From: an uncultured virus (IMG/VR IMGVR_UViG_3300035670_000097)
Lineage: Duplodnaviria; Heunggongvirae; Uroviricota; Caudoviricetes
Length of the DNA stretch: 31,817 nucleotides
Strand: one strand, 5' to 3'
IMG/VR virus record: IMGVR_UViG_3300035670_000097
Span: 62,001-93,817 of that record
The position numbers and the translations under genes are program-made. Positions within the stretch are counted from its first letter, which is position 1; each line of letters begins with the position of its first letter. Shown here in pieces: positions 1 to 5,763 of the stretch. Under the pieces are notes generated by a model. It was given only the letters and a program-made list of their open reading frames with translations. It was not told where the DNA came from and ran no database searches.

Positions 1-13
1 GAGAAAAATTCGC

Positions 14-43
14 TTGACAAGTAATGGATAGGGGTGATATAAT
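14..43 (+). promoter_or_regulatory. sigma70-type promoter TTGACA-N18-TATAAT (TGn extended -10) with no downstream gene
   Basis: Exact hexamers at 14-19 and 38-43, A-tract upstream, GGCGC downstream; five more copies with the same spacing. Confidence 0.7.
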
Positions 44-89
44 TTTGGCGCCATATTGACAAGTAGCTTGACAATTCGCCCCGAGGCGG

Positions 90-112
90 CAAATGCGAAT
101 GATTCTCATTTG
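90..112. promoter_or_regulatory. Fur-box-like dyad CAAATGCGAATGATTCTCATTTG (identical at 971-993; variants 1581-1603, 2165-2187, 2891-2913)
   Basis: Reverse complement of 95-113, GCAAATGAGAATCATTCGC, matches 14/19 of the E. coli Fur box GATAATGATAATCATTATC (hand count). Confidence 0.55.
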
Positions 113-248
113 CATCGCTGCTCTTGTACCTCGCGCCTAACCAAATGCTTGACAATTGCGCGCTTAACATGCTTACCATGTTTAGCGGAATGCGTTCCTG
201 CTCGCCCTGCTAAATGCGCGTTTTTAGCTACAAAATTTTGCGCTTTCA

Positions 249-695
249 TTATACGTCCCTCGGGTGTATTGCGTTAATTCCCAGTATTTTAACAGTGTTT
301 CTTACAGAATCATTATCTTCATAAAATACATTAGAAACGCGGTGAAAGTCTACATTTAATCCTGACAGTAAGTCATATTTTAGAAGTGCATCGGGCCGAT
401 TATCGTTCTCACCTTCGCGGGACAATACGCGATCAAAGTGTAACCCATGAGTACGCAAAAAGGTAAAGTCTGCCATCTGCAATACTCGCGCAGTACAAAT
501 TACGACAATATTACCAGCATTCCAAACGTCACGCCAAACGTTAGCGAGCGGTAAAAGTTTATCTTGCATAATCTTTTCGGGCGTAGAATTTGCTCGCCAT
601 CCGGCAAGGCAAAAGCTACCGTCCGCATTCGCAACAGAACGATGGCTTGAATCTATGACCGTTCCATCTAAATCGAAAATGTTATATCTTGGCAT
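249..695 (-). CDS. dmp: HAD-family deoxynucleoside-5'-monophosphatase, T5 Dmp-like (148 aa)
   Basis: HAD motif I IFDLDGTVIDSSHR, IMQDKLLPL, motif II ICTAR, motif IV FYEDN; start moved to ATG 695 just after the stop of the upstream small ORF. Confidence 0.85.
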   Translation of the reverse strand: MPRYNIFDLDGTVIDSSHRSVANADGSFCLAGWRANSTPEKIMQDKLLPLANVWRDVWNAGNIVVICTARVLQMADFTFLRTHGLHFDRVLSREGENDNRPDALLKYDLLSGLNVDFHRVSNVFYEDNDSVRNTVKILGINAIHPRDV

Positions 696-699
696 TTTC

Positions 700-795
700 T
701 TAAACCCCGTAAACGTGTGCGCTGGCAACAATGATTGCAAAAAGAACGACTCTGCTAAGAGCGGAAGTGAGTACTAATTCTGCGAGCTTTTTCAT
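700..795 (-). CDS. 31-aa hydrophobic peptide MKKLAELVLTSALSRVVLFAIIVASAHVYGV (absent from ORF track)
   Basis: First ORF after promoter 824-852; leader AGGAAACGGAACGAATG; TAA lies 4 nt before the dmp ATG. Confidence 0.7.
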   Translation of the reverse strand: MKKLAELVLTSALSRVVLFAIIVASAHVYGV

Positions 796-823
796 TCGTT
801 CCGTTTCCTGATTCAATGGGAGT

Positions 824-852
824 ATTCTACCGGGTCCGAGCAAAAAGTACAA
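824..852 (-). promoter_or_regulatory. pre-early-type promoter TTGTAC-N17-TAGAAT
   Basis: Same hexamers and spacing at 1432-1460 and 3146-3174, each directly upstream of a gene. Confidence 0.85.
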
Positions 853-897
853 GAACTCTTTTTCATATCGCTGGCCGTTTTCATGCGAAAAAATTCC

Positions 898-927
898 TTG
901 ACAAAACCCATGCGGTTATCGTAAAAT
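898..927 (+). promoter_or_regulatory. gene-less promoter TTGACA-N18-TAAAAT
   Basis: Hexamers 898-903 and 922-927, followed by CGGCGCG. Confidence 0.7.
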
Positions 928-1039
928 CGGCGCGGCTATTGACAAGTAGCTTGTCAATTCGCCGAGGCGGCAAATGCGAATGATTCTCATTTGCATTTGC
1001 CGAGCAACGTTATAACATACCATTGAGCGGGTAAATGAA

Positions 1040-1058
1040 GGGGCGCTCATCGCGCCCC
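1040..1058 (-). terminator. intrinsic terminator after the A2-like gene
   Basis: GGGGCGC-N5-GCGCCCC hairpin 6 nt past the stop, followed by TTCATTT on the minus strand. Confidence 0.65.
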
Positions 1059-1064
1059 GATCAT

Positions 1065-1385
1065 CTATCGAGCAATCGCTTCCAGCAACCGCTCGAGTGA
1101 CACCTTACTTGCCTTTTCCAGCCCATCCAGACTGTTAGTGGCCAGATTCAATGCTTGCTCAATTCGGTCTACCGTGACTTCCTTGGAAGCAACTGGCTTT
1201 CCATCCTTGCGAACCCGTTCGAGTTTCTGGTAGGGAATTCCTTCCCGAATCGCTTTTGCGATGATGCTCTTGACTTTCGCATCAAACTGCTCTGCAAGGC
1301 TCTCTACCTTTTCAAGGTTCAGAGGCGCTGCATCGCGCATCGCGGTCAGAAGGGTCGGGTTAAACGTGCTAGCTTTCTCTGCCAT
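1065..1385 (-). CDS. A2: T5 A2-like DNA-binding / second-step-transfer protein (106 aa)
   Basis: KSIIAKAIREGIPYQKLERVRKDG and LDGLEKASKVSLERL parallel T5 A2 motifs as recalled; RBS AAGGAG; own promoter; neighbour of dmp. Confidence 0.7.
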   Translation of the reverse strand: MAEKASTFNPTLLTAMRDAAPLNLEKVESLAEQFDAKVKSIIAKAIREGIPYQKLERVRKDGKPVASKEVTVDRIEQALNLATNSLDGLEKASKVSLERLLEAIAR

Positions 1386-1431
1386 TTTGGCTTTCTCCTT
1401 TGGCTCGCTGGCCTATCCAGCGAATGAGAGT

Positions 1432-1460
1432 ATTCTACAGGGCCTGAGCAAAAAGTACAA
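1432..1460 (-). promoter_or_regulatory. pre-early-type promoter TTGTAC-N17-TAGAAT
   Basis: Conserved hexamers upstream of the A2-like gene. Confidence 0.85.
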
Positions 1461-1505
1461 GACCTTTTTTTCATATCGCTGGCCGTTTTCATGCAAAAAA
1501 ATTCC

Positions 1506-1535
1506 TTGACAAGCGCAGCGCGCTTATGATAAAAT
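1506..1535 (+). promoter_or_regulatory. gene-less promoter TTGACA-N18-TAAAAT (TGn), pointing into the repeat block
   Basis: Hexamers 1506-1511 and 1530-1535. Confidence 0.7.
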
Positions 1536-1613
1536 CGGCGCGCCCATTGTCAAGTAGCTTGACAATTCGCGCCGAGGCTACAAATGCGAAGATTTTTCAC
1601 TTGCAAACCAGGC

Positions 1614-1790
1614 CCAGGCCTGGCATTGAAATTTCACTTGCAAATTCGCCCCAGGCCTGGCATTGAAATTTCACTTGCAAACCAAACCCAGGCCTGGCAT
1701 TGAAATTTCACTTGCAAATTCGCCCCAGGCCTGGCATTGAAATTTCACTTGCAAATTCGCCCCGGGCCTGGCATTGAAATTTCACTTGCA
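1614..1790. repeat. 37-bp tandem repeat x5: CCAGGCCTGGCATTGAAATTTCACTTGCAAA plus 6 variable nt
   Basis: Units start at 1614, 1651, 1688, 1725, 1762. Confidence 0.97.
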
Positions 1791-1841
1791 TAGGTTTCTA
1801 ACTTGCATAGATTTCTAACTTGCATAGATTTCTAACTTGCA
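1791..1841. repeat. 17-bp tandem repeat x3 TAG(G/A)TTTCTAACTTGCA
   Basis: Directly visible. Confidence 0.95.
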
Positions 1842-1867
1842 TGTGCAGGTTTCTTGCCTTTCCCCTC

Positions 1868-1960
1868 GATGGGCAGGTAGCTTGCAGGTGAGCCCGCCGA
1901 TGGGCAGGTAGCTTGCAGGTGAGCCCGCCGATGGGCAGGTAGCTTGCAGGTGAGCCCGCC
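1868..1960. repeat. 31-bp tandem repeat x3 GATGGGCAGGTAGCTTGCAGGTGAGCCCGCC, with degenerate copies following
   Basis: Units at 1868, 1899, 1930; degenerate units at 1961 and 1991. Confidence 0.97.
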
Positions 1961-2052
1961 GATGCGCAAGAGACTTGCCTTTGCCCGCCCGATGGGCAGG
2001 CAAGTTGACGAATTCCATGAGATGCGCAGAAAACTTGCATTTTCGGCGCGGT

Positions 2053-2126
2053 TGGCACGTTTCTTGCACATGAGTCAAAGCTGGCATGAATTTTGCATGT
2101 ACTCCACAATTGGCATGATTCTTGCA
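2053..2126 (+). promoter_or_regulatory. three consensus sigma54 (-24/-12) type sites at 29-bp period
   Basis: TGGCACG-tttc-TTGCA (2053), TGGCATG-aatt-TTGCA (2082), TGGCATG-attc-TTGCA (2111). Confidence 0.6.
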
Positions 2127-2156
2127 GATTCGGCGCGGTCCGCAAGATGCTTGCAC

Positions 2157-2195
2157 AATTCCGACAAATGCGAGTAATTCGCATTTGTCGGAATT
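2157..2195. repeat. perfect inverted repeat, 17-bp arms and 5-nt loop; probable terminator of the HNH gene, built on the Fur-like core
   Basis: AATTCCGACAAATGCGA-gtaat-TCGCATTTGTCGGAATT, 11 nt past the HNH stop. Confidence 0.9.
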
Positions 2196-2206
2196 ATAAG
2201 CGATTA

Positions 2207-2551
2207 TTAAGTAGTCGCTTTATGTTCTTCTAGCATACGCGCGAACAATGCGCGCTTATTATTAATAATCGCTTCGGCTTTTATTAGAATATCGAGTTCT
2301 TCTGCCGTTAACTCAATCGGATCAAGTTTCGGCAATCCTTCTGTAGCGTTCTTTTTATTATTGCAGTCATGGCAAAGGCATTGTAACCATTCAGGATCAT
2401 TTAAATCGATACCCATTGCAAGCAACGTTTTGCGTGGATAAACATGATCAATTTCAAGATTAGAACCACTACCGCAAGCTGCGCAGCGATAGTTATATGC
2501 TGCAAATACTTGCGCGCGCAGTCTCATTTCAACCTTGCTAAACTTTGCCAT
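2207..2551 (-). CDS. HNH endonuclease (114 aa)
   Basis: CAAC...LEIDHVYP...LQCLCHDCNNKK; start moved to ATG 2551 with GGAG RBS; the longer ORF-track N-terminus runs through promoter repeats. Confidence 0.88.
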   Translation of the reverse strand: MAKFSKVEMRLRAQVFAAYNYRCAACGSGSNLEIDHVYPRKTLLAMGIDLNDPEWLQCLCHDCNNKKNATEGLPKLDPIELTAEELDILIKAEAIINNKRALFARMLEEHKATT

Positions 2552-2585
2552 CTCGTCTCTCCAGTACCGTTGCTCTATGGTTCCC

Positions 2586-2613
2586 ATTATACAGGCATCC
2601 TCGAGCATGGCAA
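2586..2613 (-). promoter_or_regulatory. promoter for the HNH gene, TTGCCA-N16-TATAAT
   Basis: Occupies the same cassette position as the other minus-strand promoters. Confidence 0.65.
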
Positions 2614-2659
2614 TAGGCGAGTTAGACCTTTTTTTCATATCGCTGAGCTTTCTTATGCG

Positions 2660-2890
2660 AAAAAAATCCTTGACACGCTCTGGCGTGGTAAGGTAAAATC
2701 GGCGCGCCCATTGTGAAGTAGACTGACAATCATTCAGCGGCCTACATGAAAAAAATTCGCTTGACAAGTATAGGATAGGTGAGGTATAATTTTGGCGCCA
2801 TATTGGCAAGTAGACTGACAATCATTCACCGGCCTACATAAAAAAATTCGCTTGACACGCTCTGGCGTGGTAGGGTATAATCGGCGCGCC
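2660..2890 (+). repeat. three tandem 91-bp units, each with a gene-less TTGACA-N18-TAWAAT promoter
   Basis: -35 at 2670, 2761, 2852; -10 at 2694, 2785, 2876. Confidence 0.9.
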
Positions 2891-2921
2891 CAAATGAGAG
2901 GTATTCTCATTTGGGTTACCG

Positions 2922-3110
2922 TTACTCCTCGCTTCGCCACACGACCGAGGAGGCATTTGAATTCAACAACCATTCCTCCACAAACACAAGTTCGCCAGTC
3001 TCATGTGCGAGTCGCTCGGCCTCTTGCACGGCAGCCTCGAGCGTGCTATAGATTGCTTCCAGCGAGTCAGCTTCATGATCGACTGCGGTCCCGACTACGT
3101 ATACTTGCAT
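2922..3110 (-). CDS. small acidic hypothetical phage protein (62 aa)
   Basis: RBS GAGGA, own promoter, MxVYVV...IYSTLEAA pattern seen in small phage proteins. Confidence 0.85.
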   Translation of the reverse strand: MQVYVVGTAVDHEADSLEAIYSTLEAAVQEAERLAHETGELVFVEEWLLNSNASSVVWRSEE

Positions 3111-3145
3111 TTTCGCGTTCCTCTGTTTCCTGATTCAATGAGAGT

Positions 3146-3174
3146 ATTCTACACGGTCTGCCGAGAGAGTACAA
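3146..3174 (-). promoter_or_regulatory. pre-early-type promoter TTGTAC-N17-TAGAAT
   Basis: Leader ATTGAATCAGGAAAC is identical to that of the 824-852 promoter. Confidence 0.85.
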
Positions 3175-3197
3175 GACTTTTTTGTAACAGAATGTAA

Positions 3198-3251
3198 CGT
3201 GCGTCGACTTGTTACCGTGCGTCGACTTGTTACCGTGCGTCGACTTGTTAC
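3198..3251. repeat. 18-bp perfect tandem repeat x3 CGTGCGTCGACTTGTTAC
   Basis: Units at 3198, 3216, 3234. Confidence 0.97.
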
Positions 3252-3343
3252 CAGCCCGGGGCGGTTCCGAGACTGTCAAGTAGCTTGACGCTCAGGCTAC
3301 CCCGCACGTACAACTTTTGGAATTTTTCAAAAATTGAAAATTA

Positions 3344-3391
3344 AAGCAATCTGCCCAAGCAATTTGCCCAAGTAATTTGCCCAAGCAATTT
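3344..3391. repeat. 13-bp tandem repeat x3.7 AAGCAATTTGCCC upstream of terS
   Basis: Units at 3344, 3357, 3370, 3383 (partial). Confidence 0.95.
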
Positions 3392-3427
3392 ACTCTTCAA
3401 AAATTTTTACCATCAAAAAAATAATGT

Positions 3428-3456
3428 TTGACATTTCGTTTCGTAGCAACTATAAT
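3428..3456 (+). promoter_or_regulatory. late-region promoter TTGACA-N17-TATAAT
   Basis: Exact consensus with upstream A-tract. Confidence 0.9.
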
Positions 3457-3463
3457 AGTCGTC

Positions 3464-3910
3464 ATGAATTTGGTAAAAATTTCTCCTGAAAGTCTTGAAA
3501 TTGCAAATGCATATTTGCAAAATGGCAGCATTGCTAGTGTTGCAAAGGCGCTCGCACTTCCAGAAAATGAGGTGACAGAAATTCTCTCTCGCCGAGAAGT
3601 AAAAGCGTATCTAGATTCCATTTATCTAGATCACGGCTATCGAAATAGATTCAAGTTAGCAGAGACTCTCGATCTTCTCATAGACGAAAAACTTCGTGAA
3701 GCAGAAAGTACCGAGATGTACACTAACAAGGACTTAGCCGATCTGTTACACCTAGCTCATAAGATGCGTATGGATGAAATTAAAGCAATGACCGAACTTG
3801 AGAAAGCTCGAGCAACGCCGATTAAAAATCAAACCAACGTTCAGATTAATGAGACTCCATTTGGTGCTGGCAACTACGGCAAGTTAATGGAAAAACTTTT
3901 GCAATCATGA
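3464..3910 (+). CDS. terS: terminase small subunit, T5-like (148 aa)
   Basis: SPESLEIANAYLQNG, EVKAYLDSIYLDHGYRNR, AHKMRMDE resemble T5 TerS; the ORF-track start at 3428 is the -35 hexamer. Confidence 0.88.
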   Translation: MNLVKISPESLEIANAYLQNGSIASVAKALALPENEVTEILSRREVKAYLDSIYLDHGYRNRFKLAETLDLLIDEKLREAESTEMYTNKDLADLLHLAHKMRMDEIKAMTELEKARATPIKNQTNVQINETPFGAGNYGKLMEKLLQS

Positions 3911-4194
3911 AAGAATTTCTAGCAGAACTCGGCATGAACGCCGGTCTCATTGTCGCGGGTCTGTTTGGCTCGCTTTTAACTTTGCGGGGGGATGCCGCGA
4001 AGAGGCTTGGAAGTGTTATGGTAAGTTTAGGAACAGGAGTAGGGTCCGCAAACTATTTAACTCCAGTAGTTATTGATCTACTGGGCGTTCAAAGTCGAAA
4101 TCTCGAGTTTGGAATAGCTTTTATACTAGGCTATTTGGGGCTAAATGGCATTGATTTTCTAGCTCGACGACTTTTTGAGAGCAAAAAACCATGA
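3907..4194 (+). CDS. small multi-pass membrane protein, putative holin
   Basis: Three hydrophobic Gly-rich segments, basic C-terminus, ATGA overlap with terS. Confidence 0.6.
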   Translation: MKEFLAELGMNAGLIVAGLFGSLLTLRGDAAKRLGSVMVSLGTGVGSANYLTPVVIDLLGVQSRNLEFGIAFILGYLGLNGIDFLARRLFESKKP

Positions 4195-4430
4195 TCGAAA
4201 GCGCACTTTGTCTATCCATGATATTTTTTTACGTTTCATTGCTGAATGATAAAAAAATTTGCTCTTGGTCGAAGCCGAAAGTGTGGATATTGCGTTCACT
4301 TTTTGCAGGCAGCATTGCTTCCGTAGCTTGGAGTGTATTTTACGAAACAGAATTACCCTATCTATTTCTTACTGCAATTTTTGGTTGGGGCTTTTATTAC
4401 CATCGGTATACGTTAAATGGAAATCAGTAG
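4191..4430 (+). CDS. small membrane protein
   Basis: About three hydrophobic segments; overlaps both neighbours. Confidence 0.65.
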   Translation: MIESALCLSMIFFYVSLLNDKKICSWSKPKVWILRSLFAGSIASVAWSVFYETELPYLFLTAIFGWGFYYHRYTLNGNQ

Positions 4431-5700
4431 ATCAGATATACAGTGCGAGTACGTTGAAGAATGTAAAACTTTCATTAAACTTCCAATTGTACCGTATCTT
4501 GAACTTCTAAACATAAATCCCATTCCATCTCAAATTGCAATTATCAATGCGATACAGAAATATCGCTTTGTGGTCGCCGCAGTTTCTCGAAGACAGGGTA
4601 AAACTTTCATCGCAAATGTCATCGGACAACTGGTTACACTAGTACCCGGGTGTAATGTGCTCATCATGGCACCCAACTACAATCTTTCTCAAATTTCTTT
4701 TGATCTACAAAGATCGCTGATAGATCATTTCAGCATTGAAGTTGAGCGAGACAACGCGAAAGATCGTGTAATTGAGCTTGTAAATCGTTCTACCATTCGC
4801 ATGGGCTCGGTAAATCAAGTCGATTCGGCAGTAGGACGCTCTTACGATCTCATTATTTTTGACGAAGCCGCTCTTGCAGACGGTGAAAATGCTTTTAACG
4901 TTGCTTTGAGACCTACGCTGGACAAACCGAACGCACGCGCGATCTTTATTTCAACTCCTCGAGGTAAAAATAACTGGTTTAGCCGCTTCTGGGCTCGGGG
5001 TTTCTCGGATGAGTACCCTCAGTGGGCTTCGATTCGCGCAACTTGGAAAGACAATCCTCGAGAAAACAAGGAAAACATTGAAGAAGCGCGTAAAACCATG
5101 TCAGCCGCAGAGTTTTCGCAGGAATATTTAGCAGACTTCAATGTTTTCGAAGGACAAGTGTGGAGATTTGATGGCGAACATTGTGTTGCCAATCTGGATG
5201 AGCTTAACATTTCCGGTATGGACATTATTGCAGGGCTGGACTGGGGCTTTCGTGACCCTACAGCCATGTGCATAGTTGCGTATGACTGGGACAAAGAAAT
5301 TTATTATCTACTCGACGAGTACTTACATGCCGAGCGAACTACTGAACAGCACGCTTTTGAAATTCAAAAGCTTTTGGACCGTTGGAATCCAGACTTTATT
5401 TTTATCGACTCTTCGGCTCAGCAAGTTCGATTTGATCTAGCACAAAATTACAACATTGCAACTACCAATGCGGAAAAAGATGTTTTAAGTGGTATTGGGC
5501 ATGTGGCGGGTATTGTAGACAACAATCGTTTAATCGTATCTCGAGATTGTAAAAATACACTTGCTGCTCTAGACGCCTATCAATGGGACGACAATCCAAA
5601 TTTGTTGAAGGAAAAGCCGAAGCATAACTATGCTAGTCACATGGCTGACGCGTTGCGATACGCTCTTTATAGTTTTAAAACTTCGTCCACGATATTTTAG
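4417..5700 (+). CDS. terL: terminase large subunit, T5-like
   Basis: Walker A SRRQGKT, Walker B IIFDEAA, ISTPRG, nuclease GLDWGFRDP and SHMADALRY. Confidence 0.97.
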   Translation: MEISRSDIQCEYVEECKTFIKLPIVPYLELLNINPIPSQIAIINAIQKYRFVVAAVSRRQGKTFIANVIGQLVTLVPGCNVLIMAPNYNLSQISFDLQRSLIDHFSIEVERDNAKDRVIELVNRSTIRMGSVNQVDSAVGRSYDLIIFDEAALADGENAFNVALRPTLDKPNARAIFISTPRGKNNWFSRFWARGFSDEYPQWASIRATWKDNPRENKENIEEARKTMSAAEFSQEYLADFNVFEGQVWRFDGEHCVANLDELNISGMDIIAGLDWGFRDPTAMCIVAYDWDKEIYYLLDEYLHAERTTEQHAFEIQKLLDRWNPDFIFIDSSAQQVRFDLAQNYNIATTNAEKDVLSGIGHVAGIVDNNRLIVSRDCKNTLAALDAYQWDDNPNLLKEKPKHNYASHMADALRYALYSFKTSSTIF

Positions 5701-5720
5701 TACATAAAAAAATTTAGTAG

Positions 5721-5749
5721 TTGACACTTACGCCATCATTCTCTATAAT
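5721..5749 (+). promoter_or_regulatory. late-region promoter TTGACA-N17-TATAAT
   Basis: Exact consensus preceded by AAAAAAATTTAGTAG. Confidence 0.9.
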
Positions 5750-5763
5750 GTGAAAATCGAAAT

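Noticed and set aside
149..179. Additional TTGACA with TACCAT
   Set aside because: 19-bp spacing, weak -10 and no cassette context
56..277. Plus-strand ORFs downstream of gene-less promoters (also 2852-3133)
   Set aside because: Start codons are the TTG of TTGACA motifs; no SD; antisense overlap with better genes
928..1002. Integron attC-like cassette sites
   Set aside because: No RYYYAAC/GTTRRRY boxes recognised and no integrase
2045..2140. GGCGCGGT motifs as T5-type nick sites
   Set aside because: Motif too short, and nickase specificity cannot be inferred from sequence
1614..2155. CRISPR array interpretation of the 37-, 31- and 29-bp periodic repeats
   Set aside because: Variable parts are only 6-13 nt and partly recurrent; no cas genes in the window
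1798..2184. ORFs in several frames across the repeat block
   Set aside because: Products are translations of DNA repeats whose periods are not multiples of three; no RBS
2552..2821. N-terminal extension of the HNH ORF
   Set aside because: Runs through promoter repeats; RBS and promoter support ATG 2551
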